Assembly (NCBI GenBank): GCA_951406725.2
Contig: OX597820.1
Span: 2,356,001 to 2,420,000, forward strand
Source: Octopus vulgaris
Taxonomy: Eukaryota
Reading direction: 5' to 3'
DNA: 64,000 nucleotides
The notes under the pieces are model-generated. The model had not been told where the DNA came from, searched no databases, and was given only the letters and a program-made list of their open reading frames with translations. Shown here one piece after another: positions 14,542 through 29,341 of this stretch; the first letter of the stretch is position 1; the number at the start of each line of letters is the position of its first letter. The translations under genes and the position numbers were made by a program.

Positions 14542-14545
<4 letters not shown>
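14227..14545 (-). mobile_element. Short PLE 3' fragment between (TA)n runs
   Basis: Hammerhead motif plus terminal ctGGTA motif on the minus strand. Confidence 0.7.
14439..14518 (-). ncRNA. Type I hammerhead ribozyme motif
   Basis: Minus strand: gtctcg-CTGATGA-aacc..(tagcaaa/tttgcta)..ggta-GAAA-ctgatcag-TT-cgagat; palindromic ACTGATCAGT. Confidence 0.78.
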
Positions 14546-14604
<59 letters not shown>

Positions 14605-15948
14605 GTCAGTTAGTGTACTGATGTGTTGAGTGAGTAAAGCACTGGCATATGTGAAAACTATGAATCATGAGCGTTGGGTTCAGGTACCGAAAGGAGAAGT
14701 GGCAAATAAAGAGAGAAAGATCGAAGATGAGGGCCTCCAAACGGAGCTGAGCCAATCTATTAAGAATTTGATGTTTATATGAATTGTCGGTTGAGAGTTC
14801 AAATTTTAAAAATTCAGGGGTAAATAAATTTGGAGAATATTAATAGATAAGATAAATATACAAATCCATCCACGGCCATTTCAGGGGTCCATTAAATGTA
14901 TAAATGGCGTTTTAAGTATTCATTCCATTTACAAAATCATAATGCCCCCGACAAACCCCCCCCACCACCACCACCACCACCACCACTCGTCGGGATGGTT
15001 TCTTTCGTGATAGAATCCTACATGATAATAATTTGATAGATTTTCCTTCTATAATTTCTCTTATCCTTCGGTTTGACTCGCAATGAGCCCTTCTTAATAC
15101 AGTCTATATATATTGTGAAGGATACTTAAAAACATACTTTATAAGAAAATTTAACTTTATACATAAATACATACATACATAAAATACATACATACACACA
15201 TACACACATACAAACATACATACATAAAATACATACATACATACATACAAACATACATACATACAAACATACATACATAAAATACATACATACATACAAA
15301 CATACATACATACAAACATACATACATAAAATACATACATACATACATACATATATACATACATACATACATATATACATACATACATACATACATACAT
15401 ACATACATACATACAAACATACATACATACAAACATACATACATAAAATACATACATACATACATACATACATACAAACATACATACATACATACAAACA
15501 TACATATATACATACATACATACATTCACATACATACATACATACATACATACATACATACATACATACATACATACATACATACAAACATACATATATA
15601 CATACATACATACATACATACATACATAAAATACATACATATATGTCTGCATACATAAACACGTAAATAAAGGTATGCATAAATACATTCATTGACGTAC
15701 ACACACACATGCACACATATCCACACACGCATACACACACACACCCGCACACGTACACATACCTACACACGCACACACACATACACACATGCACGCACAC
15801 ATACGTAAATGCACGTAGGGGTCACGTCACGATAGCATTAGTACTTATCTATCTAAAACAGCGGCTCTCAACAGCAGCTTCCGGGGCCACATGCGGCCCT
15901 CAAGCATCCTTCCAACGGCCCCCGATGGTCTTCCCTCTATAAATATGA

Positions 15949-16228
15949 TACTCTTTTCTCTTTACTCTTTTACTCTTTTACTTGTTTCAGTCATTTGACT
16001 GCGGCCATGCTGGAGCTCCGCCTTTAGTCGAGCAAATCGACCCCAGGACTTATTCTTTGTAAGCCTAGTACTTATTCTACCGCTAAGTGACGGGGACATA
16101 AACACACCAGCATCGGTTGTCAAGCGATGTTGGGGGGACAAACACAGACACACAAACACACATACATATATACATATACATATATACGACGGGCTTGGTA
16201 AGCAAGCTACTTACCACACAGCCACTCC
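15949..16228 (-). mobile_element. SINE family B, internally deleted
   Basis: Reverse complement of the consensus, nested within the 15849-16565 inverted repeat. Confidence 0.75.
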
Positions 16229-16869
16229 AGGTTTGGGATCTGGCCCGAACATTCACCTAAAACTTTATTTTTGTTGCCGTGTCAAAGAACAATGCCCTTA
16301 TCCTTATATCGACCCCGGCGCTCAATTGGTACTTATTTTATCGATCTTGAGTAGATGAAAGGCAAAGTCGACCTCGGCAGGGTTCGAACTCAGAACGTAA
16401 AGACGGACGAAATGCTATTTAGCATTTTCCCCGGCGTACTGACGATTCTTCTAGCTCACCGCCTTCATAAATATAGAACGAAGACCATCGGGGTATGTTG
16501 GAAGGATGCTTGAGGGCCGCATGTGGCCCTGTGAGCTGCTGTTGAGAACCGCTGTTTTAGATAGAAACCTCGTCCAACAATGAATGTTCAGAGAACAATC
16601 ATGCACTTTCACAGACATCATTGAGGACAGACATAAAAACCAAACCAATATGAATCACAATTTATTACCAGTTGCTCTTTTATTTATTCTGCTTATTTCT
16701 TTAATTGGCAGTAATTACTGCATGTTAATCATTGTTAATTATTGTTAATCTTTTGAGGGGGGTTTTTCAGGAAAGAATTAATGATAAATTATTCCCTAAC
16801 TACACACAAACGGTTCAATTATAGGCACATTACCCTACTGTAGTTCTATATTAATATTTCTAGAATTAT

Positions 16870-17686
16870 GAAGGCGGTTGGCTCAAAGAATCCTCAGCAC
16901 GCCGGGGAAAATGCTTAGCACCATTTCGTCCGTCTTTACACTCTGAGTTCGAACCCTGCACAGGTCGACTTTGCCTTTCATCTTCTCAAGATCGATAAAA
17001 TAAGTGCCAATTGAGCACCGGGGTCGATATAATAGACTTGACCCCACCTCAATAATTGCTGACCTTGTGCCAAAAATTGAAATTAATAATTCTAGAATTA
17101 TGCACGCAGCGAGAGATGGCAGAATCCTCAGCACGCCAAGCAAAATGCTTAGCAGCATTTCGTCCGTCTTTACATTCTGAGTTCGAACCCTGCCCAGGTC
17201 GACTTTGCCTTTCATCCTTTCAGGATGGTGAGCTTGCGAAATGGTTAACACACCGGACAGCATGGTCGGCGGCGTTTCTCCTGGTTTAACGTTCTGAGCT
17301 CAAATTCTATAGGGATCGACTTCAGCTTTCATTCTTTCGGGATCGGTAAAATAAGAACCGCACAAGTACTGGGACGGTGTGATCGACAGTCCCCCACCCC
17401 GCCCGTCCCACAACATTTCAGGCCTTTCAAGAAGAAAGAATTATTAGAAAGTCTCCTCATTGACAGAATTGGGAAAGCGACGGGGAAAGATAGCTTTGCA
17501 GTATCTGTTCAGGGGCCTAACGTTCTGAGTTCAAATCCCGCCGAGGTCAACTTTGCCTGTCATCCTTTATCGGTCGATGAAATAAAGTACCAGTAAATTA
17601 CTGGGGTCGGTTTACTCGCCTAACCCCATCCTCCTAAAGCAAATTGCTGGCCTAGTGCCGAAGTTAGAAAGAACTATTATTAACAT

Positions 17687-17743
<57 letters not shown>

Positions 17744-18440
17744 ATGTTGTTGTTTATCATTACAGTTGAGGGTCACGTGACGAGCTGGCAGAATCGTTAC
17801 CTCGCGAACCAAAATTCTTTGCTGCATTTCGTTTGTCTTTATGTTCTGAGTTCAAATTCCACCGAGGTCGACTTAGCCTTTCGTCGTTTCGTAGTCGATA
17901 AAATAAGTACCAGTGATGCACTGGGGTTGATGTAATCGACTATCCCCTCCCCTGAAATTGCTGGCCTTGTGCCAAAATTTGAAACCATTATTACAGCAGA
18001 GGGTAAGGCGACGAGCTGATAGAGTCATTAGCACACCGGACGAAATGCTTGGCGGCATTTCGTCCGTCTTTACGTTCTAACTTCAAAATCCACCGAGGTC
18101 TGCTTTGCCTTTCATCCATTTTGGGTTCGCTAAAATAAGTACCCGACTGGGGTCAATGCAATCGATTATCCCTTTTCGAGGTTTGTGCCTATAGCAGAAA
18201 GGATTAATAGAACGGAGGCGAGGCGGCGAGGCGGCGAGCTGGCAGAATCAGTAACACGTCAGAGAAAATGCTTAGCGGCATTTCTTCCGTCTTTACGTTC
18301 TGAGTTCAAATTCCGCCGATGTCGACTCTGCTTCTATCCTTTCCAGATCGATAAAATAAATTACCGTTTGAACACTAGGATCGATATAATAACCCTTTAC
18401 CAAAATTTCACTTCTTGTGCCTACAGTAGAAAGAATTATT
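16870..18440 (+). mobile_element. Head-to-tail cluster of about 7 SINE family A copies
   Basis: Repeated gttctgagttcaaat..gaggtcgactttgcctttcatcc units, all in the same orientation. Confidence 0.85.
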
Positions 18441-18793
18441 ACGAAAGTGGGGAAGAGATCGATAAACCCCAATACCAGTGATGTACGTGTTTATCTAATC
18501 CATTATACGCTTTCACCTAAAATTAATGGTTTTGCTCGCCAATATTAGAAATAAACAATTAATGGAATCAGATGAGAAAATACAGAGATTCGACTTTAAG
18601 AATTAAAGAATGTCTCTTGGCATCAAGGCGTGTATCTTTGCGTTCACTAATTGAATTCCCACTTACTGTGTCGATAAAATAGATTTGAAATTTCTATGAT
18701 TCCCAACCCCGACTTTGTAATCTTCTTCATCTCTCTCTGTTTTTCCATTATGTATGTTCATGTATACACATATACATATACATATAAATATAA

Positions 18794-18829
<36 letters not shown>

Positions 18830-18904
18830 ATGTATATATATATATATACAAATATGTATGTAGATGTATACATATATATATATATATAAAAACATCTATA
18901 TATC

Positions 18905-18954
<50 letters not shown>

Positions 18955-19488
18955 TATGTATACAGACATACATACATATATGTGTGTGTATGTATATATA
19001 CATAGAGACATATATATGTATACATATACATATATATATACACGCATACATACATGCGTGCGTGTGTGTGCGTGTGTGTGTGTGTGTGTGTGTACAGAAA
19101 GCATCTTCCTGTCTCTTCGGTTTCCTCCATAGAAACGATGCCTGCGTCTTTCAACAATATAGCTTTGGTTTGATCACGCGTTGATTACCATCTTGTTGTC
19201 GGGTTCGTCGGCAGAATAGTGTTATGTCCTTTAATTCTTTTGATTCGCAAGAGATGATAGCCAGAAGAGAGATTTCGATAAAATAGCTTTCTTTAAACGA
19301 ACATTATTTCTATTTTGTTGTTTACTCCACAACGACACAAAGTCGAAATTCCAGTCTTGGAAGAATCAAACGCCATACCGGTATTAATAGATGAGTTCAG
19401 AAAGAACCAGTACCAAGAAATATTTTGATAACTTCACAAATTTTCCTCCTATTTTATATATGTTTTCTTTTTTTTTTCTGATTTCTAG

Positions 19489-19610
19489 ATTCTGCTAAAG
19501 AGACCCATACGGTTCCGGAGACAGATAAATCAACTACAATACACGGCCTTCTGTTACCTGAAAAGATTGCGACAGCAGCAAACGATTCTACGCTGGCGTT
19601 GCAAGACACG
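19489..19610 (+). CDS. TNFR-like gene, internal stalk exon (DSAKETHTVPETDKSTTIHGLLLPEKIATAANDSTLALQDT)
   Basis: Strong pyrimidine tract with tttctag acceptor and ACG|gtaaga donor. 122 nt; phase 1 in and phase 0 out match the flanking exons; no stops. Confidence 0.85.
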
Positions 19611-20248
19611 GTAAGAAAAGAGTAGATGATCGCCGCCGCCATTCGCCTCACCCTCTTCATACGCAACGCCTGCTTTTCTTTTCCTCATCCACGCAACACC
19701 GTATTTATCTCCCTTTAGTTCATCCTCTCTTCACTGTACCATCATTTCTATTCTGCTGCGTTGCACTGTTAGACATCTACTCCCTGACTTACTCCTGGCC
19801 CCTCTACCTCACTCATTCCTACCTACCTTGTAGATTAAAGGTCTATTCTGACATCTCGCCACCCCTATTTCTATCGTTCTCCACTTCCAACCGATCGTTC
19901 CCACCCTCTCTTCTAAAATGTGAGTAGTGGTATAGCTCCTCTGCAGCAAAAAAAAAACATGTTCTGCCCCGGCCTTTTTCTGTCCTAATTTACTCCCTTC
20001 TGCTCCTCATCTTCTGTTTAGGAGTCGCCCCCGTTTAGGGTTCGTTGTCCCGTAAGCTGCATGGCGTTCTCACCGAGCGCTGATGGCACGGAAATGCGCA
20101 CAGTTCTTGTTGTAAAGTGGTTACCATTAGGAAAAGCATCCGGCCATAGAAGCTATGCCAAAACATACTGGAGAACAATGAACTCCTTGGGCCCACCGGC
20201 TCCTGTCAAACAGTCCAGCCCATTCCAGCATGGAACACAGATGTTTAA

Positions 20249-20283
<35 letters not shown>

Positions 20284-20557
20284 ATATAGGTGTGGGTGTG
20301 TGTGTATGCCCGCGCGCGTGTGTGAAGCTAACTATTTCATCTAACGTTGCTCAGTTCCTTCCTAAGTGGTGTGACCAATCATGTATTCATAATTCGTAAT
20401 GGTCTCTCATAAGCGTTCCTGAAATATTGACGAAAAATAGAAAAATCAAATAAATGTTACTATTTCAATGAAGACGAGTAGGTTAGGAAAAATCGCTGAA
20501 TGCCTTTTTTTACCGTCTGGAATATATCACATAACCAGAAACGCGGGCAGTAATGGA

Positions 20558-20635
<78 letters not shown>

Positions 20636-20734
20636 CATATATATAAATAAACACACATATTTACACACACACACACACATATTATATACTGATGACTTGC
20701 ATGTTTATTCTTAAAATGTTCCGGCAGATTCGAA

Positions 20735-21190
20735 CGCGAATATGCTATTCACTTTTGAGTTTCGTCATTGGTGAACAGCTCCTGCTTTCATTCATACAAA
20801 CATTACACACTAGATTAGTAAGGCTACTTTAAGACATCCGGTATTTCGACATCGTCGTGTCTCGTCGATCAAAGCACTCTGGACTAATGAATCTAACCAG
20901 AGTGTGGGTCTCTTGTTAATGACTTCAACAGATAAATTGTTTGCTGAGGCAATCTGGTATTTTCCAGCCAATAATAAGTCGCCATGTTCACGATGAACAA
21001 CGAAAATCAAAATGATGACTTTAATATCTATCCTTAATACGTGAATATGTTGTTCGCTGTTGAGTTTCGTCATTGGAGAACAACTTCTCCTTTGCGACGA
21101 AGGTATGTTAATATTACACTCGACTTTGAGACACCCGGTGTTTCAACATCATTGTGTCTACTCAGTCAAAGACACCCAGAACTGATGGTT
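20735..21190. repeat. Diverged direct duplication, period about 305 bp
   Basis: gaatatg.t.ttc.ct.ttgagtttcgtcattgg.gaaca at 20738 and 21043, each followed by matching agaca.ccggt.tttc.acatc. Confidence 0.65.
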
Positions 21191-21641
21191 ATGAGCACAA
21201 TGGCTATCACACAACAATTTTATTCTATTTTTCTCAAGTCCAAAAGGACGGCTAACTTTCCTACTAACGTTATTTCACACAACACATCTTATTGCTGTCG
21301 CCATGTCGAAACATTCCATGCCTGCGAATTTCTCTCTGAGTCGTTTTGAATGTTTTTATGTTATTGTCTTTGTTTGTGTCTTTTGTCATAGATTTTTCCT
21401 ATTCTCCTTAGAATTCCTCTTGATTTACCATTCTGTCCTCTTATTGCCTTCTTCTTGTACTTCTTACATTTTTTCTGTTCTTGCTCGTCTGCTACGTCCG
21501 CTCACTTCTACCCCCAGTTGCTTCTCTTGCTGACACCACCAAACTGAACAATATTCTCAGCAGGGGTCGGAACTGAGATGATATTTGATCAATAATAGAT
21601 GAGGGATTCAGCTTGTCTGAATCGGTTGTGTGAAAGTGGGG

Positions 21642-21697
<56 letters not shown>

Positions 21698-21868
21698 TGT
21701 GTGCTTTTTTCTGTTTTACAGTTAATTCCTTCGTCGTCCTCCCGTGCCTCGTTTTCATTGTATATATATATATATTTATTTGACTATGTTTGCCCGAACG
21801 TGTATCCATTATTATTATTATTATTGCAATCATTCTTTTTATATAATAATTTTTCTTTTATTTCACAG

Positions 21869-22165
21869 GAACCGAATCATTTCAACTCAACCGGTGTGGT
21901 ACTGGGCTCAGTCTTCACCATAATAGCCCTCATCATCGTCTTTTTGGTCATCTTACACCTGTGTGGAAAGAAAAGAAACACGAAAGATATGCGGGTTAGT
22001 ACCGGATGTTTGATGCGCTCGCTCTCCGCCTTGTCTAATCATGGCAGCCGATTGTATCACCGCAGTAATAATCGGCGACCGCCGCCTGTCGCTGCCAATA
22101 ACGACAGCGTTACTTACATGCCAACGCCCAACTCCAATGCAGAAGCTGGCCCTGACGAGTTGTAA
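21869..22165 (+). CDS. TNFR-like gene, transmembrane exon (ends at donor 21994 or reads through to TAA 22165)
   Basis: Acceptor tttcacag|GAA (phase 0). Hydrophobic helix GVVLGSVFTIIALIIVFLVILHLC followed by stop-transfer GKKR. Possible donor CGG|gttagt after 21994. Confidence 0.82.
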   Translation, partial: EPNHFNSTGVVLGSVFTIIALIIVFLVILHLCGKKRNTKDMRVSTGCLMRSLSALSNHGSRLYHRSNNRRPPPVAANNDSVTYMPTPNSNAEAGPDEL

Positions 22166-22730
22166 AAGAGTAGAGAGCATGTCTCCGCCCGGAGGAATCT
22201 GGAAGTTTTTCGTCATTTTTTTAGCGCTATGTATTTGTGTGTGTGTGTGTGTGCAAATGCGTACGTGCATATACAGATACGTATACATGTGTATATATAT
22301 CTTCACGTATATATATATATGCAAGCATGTAATTATGTATGTGTATATGCCTACATATGTACATATATAAGCATAGATAGGTGTATTTATATATATATGT
22401 GCATATATCTATATGTACATACGCGCCTATGAATATATATATATGTGCGTGCGCGTGTGTGTGTGTGTGTAATGTAATCTTATATCTTCATATATGTTTA
22501 AATTTATGTAAATATATGTGTGTGTATGCATATATATACATCTATATGTATGTCTATATATGCTTATATATATATATTCATATATGTATATGAATATATA
22601 CACATATATGTCTATACATGTGTGTATGTACATATATGTGAATATACATATATATATATATGCATACATATATACTTATATCTATGTATGCATATGTACA
22701 CACATACACATATATATAGTGCGTATGTAT

Positions 22731-22781
<51 letters not shown>

Positions 22782-23010
22782 TATGTATCATATATTCATA
22801 TATATGTCTATATGTATGTGTATACATACATGCACATTCCTTTCTTCGCTTACAACGCATTTACATTTACTCACACGTCACACGCATACACACACACATA
22901 CACACACACATACACACACGCATACACACACACATACACACACACATACACACACACGCACATATCGGCGCACAAATACAGCTACACACGCACACACACT
23001 CACATGTACC

Positions 23011-23047
<37 letters not shown>

Positions 23048-23999
23048 TTATGTACATGTTTACATCCATCATGTCAATGAAAAAATTGCCTGAAATTCCG
23101 GAATTTTCTCGGTGAGCTGCTTTCCACTTTATTTTGAAGAACCAGGTTCTATTTGCCCCATAATTCTTTTATCCACCTTAATCCATATAGATCTGAGATT
23201 GCATGATCAATGTCAATCGATCAGTTCATCAATTAATCATTATTCATCTCGCACAAATGTTCTATAGCCAGACCTGTTATGTTTTTTACAAATCGTCTGC
23301 GTCTACAGAGAAGTACACTGTTGGATCAGATTAGAAACCGGCTTTTTTCTCTGTTGTCAAGAAGGCTAGAAATAAAGCCAAATAATAGCAAACATACAGA
23401 AATGCATTCATAAATACATAAATACATACATATATACATGCATATATACATATATACACACAGCTATGCATATATAGATAAATACAAACATTAGAAGTTT
23501 AGAAGTTGGGTATATATGCGCATGTCTAGCCATGCAGTTATATGCATGAGAATACATATAAATTATCACATGCACCGACTCCAAATCCTGCACACATACA
23601 CACAAACACACACGGATACCCTGTTGATGTAATTGCAATTCCACTGAGGGAGCCTTGGATCTAGGTTAGAAACCGGCTCTTTCTCTATTGGCAAAAAAAT
23701 CTTAAAATAAAACTGAATAGCATACATACATACATACATACATGCATGCATGCATACATACATACATACATACATACATACATACATACATACATACATA
23801 CATACATACATACATGCATACATACATACATACATACAAACAGGCAGACAGACAGACAGACAGACAGAAAGGAGAAAGCTGATTCGAAGTTTACTGATCC
23901 AATCCATCACTGGAACTGTAAAAATCTGTAAAACTTTCCAGAAGTTTAGCATTTAAATATATATGAGCATGTCTAGATATGTGAGTATATGCATGAGAA

Positions 24000-24102
24000 T
24001 ACATACATAAAACATACAAATCTGCACATACATACATACACACACACATACATACATACATACATACATATACATACATACATACATACATACATACATA
24101 CA

Positions 24103-24134
<32 letters not shown>

Positions 24135-24164
24135 CATACATACATACATGCATGCATGCATGCA

Positions 24165-24196
<32 letters not shown>

Positions 24197-24562
24197 CATA
24201 CATACATACATACATGCATACATACATACATACATACATACATACATACATACATACATACATGCATGCATGCATACATACATACATACATACATACATA
24301 CATACATACATGCATGCATGCATACATACATACATACATACATACATACATACATACATACATACATACATACATACATACATACATACATACATACATG
24401 CATACATACATACATACATACATACATACATACATACATACATACATACATACATACATACATACATACATACATACATACATACATACATACATACATA
24501 CATACATACATACATACATACATACATACATACATACATACATGCATGCATAAATACATACA

Positions 24563-24594
<32 letters not shown>

Positions 24595-24700
24595 CATACA
24601 TACATACATACATACATACATACATACATACATACATACATACATACATACATACATACATACATACATACATACATACATACATACATACATACATACA
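24000..24700. repeat. (TACA)n microsatellite
   Basis: Seen directly; similar tracts at 5700-5885 and 15160-15640. Confidence 0.97.
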
Positions 24701-25359
24701 TGATAGCGCATTTACTATAGGTAGAGAAGAGGGGGGTCAGGACAGATGTCGCAAACGATCAAGAGAGAGAGAGAGAGAGAGAGAAGGGATAACGTTTTTA
24801 CTGAGACAGGGGCAGAGTAGAATAAAATAGAATAAAAGTTTCTGCTTGAAAGAAATGCCGGAGAAAGAATTGAGAAATTTTAGGAAATTTGGATATTTGA
24901 TAAATAAAAAAAAGTCGAAGAAAAATATTTTGAAAAGCAAGCGTGAAACAGAAACAAAGGCAAAGAGAAAAAATAGGGAGACTCACAACATTCGTTTGTG
25001 TTTGGGAGGTAGCAAAAGGATCGGACGTAGATGAGGAATGGTATTCCACTTAGAAAAACCGTCGAAAATCAAAGTTTGAGAATGTTAGTTTTGATAGATA
25101 CCCTTCATGTATCAATAATGATTTATCGAATATCGTACTTACGAGCAACAATAGCTCATGGAAACAAAAGGTTATGCGTTTTGTGTCAGAACTAGGTAAT
25201 ACACCGTTAATATTCCACTTTGTTCGCTGAGGTCGATTTTGCTTTTTCATGGTTCATAAAATAAGTACCAACTGGGGCCGATGTAATCGACTTACCCACT
25301 ATCCCGAAATTGCTGGCCTTGTGTCAAAAATAGAAATCAATTTGGCACTTCGATTTTTT

Positions 25360-25575
25360 TAAGGCGACAAACTGGCAGACTCGTTACCGCGCCGGACGAA
25401 ATGCTTAGCGGCATTCCGTCCGTCTTTACGTTCTCAGTTCAAACTCCGCCGAGGTCGACTTTGCCTTTCATCCTTCCAGGGTCGACAAAATAAGTACCAG
25501 TTGAACATTGGGGGTGGAAGTGATTGATTTACCCGCTTCCTCCATATTACTCGCCTTCTGCTTAGATTTGAAACC
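25360..25575 (+). mobile_element. SINE family A
   Basis: Same consensus as 1020-1213. Confidence 0.8.
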
Positions 25576-25858
25576 AATATTACAGTTTGTTTCTTTCCTT
25601 CTCTCCCTTTACTTTTTTCTCTTTTTCTCCCCCGCTGCATCCCCCTCTCTCCCTTTTTCTCTCCCTTTTTCTCTCCCCCTCTCGCTTCCCTCCACCCTAA
25701 CCCTCTCAGTCACTCCTAGTCTTTGTTCTCTCTTCATCCAGTCCAGCGTCATCATCATCGTTATTATTGTTATCGTTGTTGTTAGTGTCACGTGATTCAA
25801 ATATGTCGTCCATATTTTATTTAGTAAAAAGCTTATTCTTCTTTATGTTTCTATCGCA

Positions 25859-25917
<59 letters not shown>

Positions 25918-27063
25918 AAACATCATTTGATAAATTGCTATTCACTCATCAAAAACAACTATTTTTATAAAGAACTCAAAAAAGTAACTATATATAATCA
26001 CTGCATTTAAATTTTACACCGAAAAAAAAATTACTTCATTATACAAAACAAATTTTGGATAAATTTACTTCGAACATACTCGTTTAAAGATCAAAGAATA
26101 GCGAACTATTTTCTAAATATTATTATTATTATTATATATGTTTTAAGACATCAAAGATGATCCAACACAAAACTGATCCAATTTTCGACAATCCTAATTG
26201 CTTCGACAATCATTATTGGAATCTAATGCTCCATTGTTATGTCATTTTGCTTGCCAACGCTTTTCTCCAACCTCTCCTTTCATTATTACCATCTGTTTTG
26301 TGTTGTTTTAACTATTTGATTATTCCTATTTTTGCTTTCAAATTTCATATGTCATGGTGATGTCTTGTGTTATGTAATGTGCTACATTGTCAATAAAAAA
26401 TATTCCGCAGCCAATTTCATGTCAAAACTTTCTGTCTTTGTTCCAACTAACACTCATTGTCTCAAAACCTTTGTTCATCTCTATGTTTGCATGTTATTGT
26501 GTCTTTCTTGCTTGCAGCCCCGTTTTTATTTCTTCCTAATCCCTTTCGCTATCAATGTATGGAAAGAAACAAATTTAACTGTTATAAAATATGCGCATGA
26601 ACCTCAGGCATTCATAAAACTCGTGTTTCCATTGACATTCCGTCATATTAGGCGATATAAAATATCAAAGCTGTCAGGGGATAGAATGTTAGGTAATAGC
26701 AAGAGAAATTCGTAATCTATATACGACAATTGAAGGAACTAAAGCAAAGAGAATTAAGTCTTCCTCGGAGGAATATTTAAAGCAGTTATAATCTTATATT
26801 GAACAGCGTGAAGAACCTCAGCCATTTTGCTTCTACAGTTGCGTAAAATATAACTAAAAATGGTGAACCAATTGGAAAGCATATATGTAGGTGCTTGTAT
26901 TGCTAGAAATAGAATCAAAATTTCCTCCAAAATGAAATCTTATTATCGTTAAGAAAGATAAAATAAAATGGCTTCTATGGTCATGTAGTTTGAAGTAAAT
27001 ATCTTTGAGTCTAGCGTTGGTCGATCGGGAATGAGCAAGGGCAAACAAAAACAACAACATGAA

Positions 27064-27138
<75 letters not shown>

Positions 27139-27143
27139 TAATC

Positions 27144-27183
<40 letters not shown>

Positions 27184-27212
27184 CGATGATAATAATAATA
27201 ATAATAATAATG

Positions 27213-27288
<76 letters not shown>

Positions 27289-27296
27289 TGATGATG

Positions 27297-27339
<43 letters not shown>

Positions 27340-27365
27340 TAATAATAATAATAATAATAATAATG

Positions 27366-27463
<98 letters not shown>

Positions 27464-27464
<1 letters not shown>

Positions 27465-27799
27465 TCAAAAAGAAAAACTTCAAACAAAGAACATGCCTCC
27501 TCATTGATATGACTGTCCCAATCGATATAAACGTATCTGTCAAGACCTACCAAAAACTGAGCAAATATAAAGATCTTGAAATAGAAATCAGCAAAATGTG
27601 GAAGCTGAAGACTAAAACAATACCTGTTGTCATAGGTGCCCTGGGAATGATAGCAAAAGGGGCTGATAGCTACCTAACTCAGATACCAGGAAACCCAAAA
27701 ATGGCAGAAGTTCAAAAGATAGTGCTCATGGGAACTGCTCATATCCTACGCAAAATACTCTCTATGTAATCTCAAGGTTTAAAACAAACATAATTTTCG

Positions 27800-27837
<38 letters not shown>

Positions 27838-28003
27838 TTTTTCTTTTCTTTTTAGACATTCATTAGTACAACATCCCCACCCCCCAAATATATGGCACAC
27901 TAGGCATAACAACAACATGAACTTCCAACCCTGTTGTCTCTTGAGGTCTCTGGGTGAGACTTGGAGCCAACTTGTACAAATATAAAGCAAAAGTCAAACA
28001 TAG
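27464..28003 (+). mobile_element. 5'-truncated R4/Dong-like non-LTR retrotransposon (restriction-like endonuclease end + 3'UTR) in (TAA)n
   Basis: CLLIDMTVPIDINVSVKTYQKLSKYKDLEIEISKMWKLKTKTIPVVIGALG...GTAHILRKILSM*; (TAA)n on both sides. Confidence 0.87.
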
Positions 28004-28019
28004 AATAATAATAATAATG

Positions 28020-28095
<76 letters not shown>

Positions 28096-28103
28096 TGATG
28101 ATG

Positions 28104-28242
<139 letters not shown>

Positions 28243-28259
28243 TAATAATAATAATAATG

Positions 28260-28305
<46 letters not shown>

Positions 28306-28306
28306 T

Positions 28307-28580
28307 AGTGGAATCTGAAAACAGAAACAATTCCTATCATAGTAGGTGCATTAGGCATGATAAAAAAATATTCAGACAAATACATAACAAAAACACCAGG
28401 ACTTACAAACACATATAACATACAGAAAATTGCACTACTAGGCACTGCACACATCCTACGCAGAACACTTTCCATACAATAACCATCAGAGCATCACAAC
28501 AAATCACAGCACATACCCAAGGCACACAGAGCTGCGCCCGGTAGTGAAGTGAAAGCACGCTATAAAAATAAAACTACTGA
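28307..28580 (+). mobile_element. Second R4/Dong-like 3' fragment in (TAA)n, different family
   Basis: 28309-28482 encodes WNLKTETIPIIVGALGMIKKYSDKYITKTPGLTNTYNIQKIALLGTAHILRRTLSIQ*. Confidence 0.85.
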
Positions 28581-28649
28581 ATAATATTAATAATAATAAT
28601 AATAATAATAATGATGATGATGATGATAATAATAATAATAATAATAATG

Positions 28650-28749
<100 letters not shown>

Positions 28750-28772
28750 TGATGATGATGATGATAATAATA

Positions 28773-28803
<31 letters not shown>

Positions 28804-28804
28804 C

Positions 28805-28848
<44 letters not shown>

Positions 28849-28880
28849 TAATAATAATAATAATAATAATAACAATAATG

Positions 28881-28911
<31 letters not shown>

Positions 28912-28916
28912 TGATG

Positions 28917-28950
<34 letters not shown>

Positions 28951-29003
28951 TAATAATAATAATAATAATAATAATGATGATGATGATAATAATAATAATA
29001 ATG

Positions 29004-29058
<55 letters not shown>

Positions 29059-29108
29059 TAATAATAATAATAATGATAATAATGATAATAATAATAATGA
29101 TGATGATG

Positions 29109-29142
<34 letters not shown>

Positions 29143-29168
29143 TAATAATAATAATAATAATAATAATA

Positions 29169-29341
<173 letters not shown>

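Noticed and set aside
16870-18440. CRISPR-like repeat-spacer appearance
   Set aside because: Units are diverged SINE copies of irregular length in eukaryotic DNA.
27059-27769. 236-aa poly-Asn ORF fused to an endonuclease tail
   Set aside because: Chance in-frame read-through of (AAT)n into a truncated retroelement.
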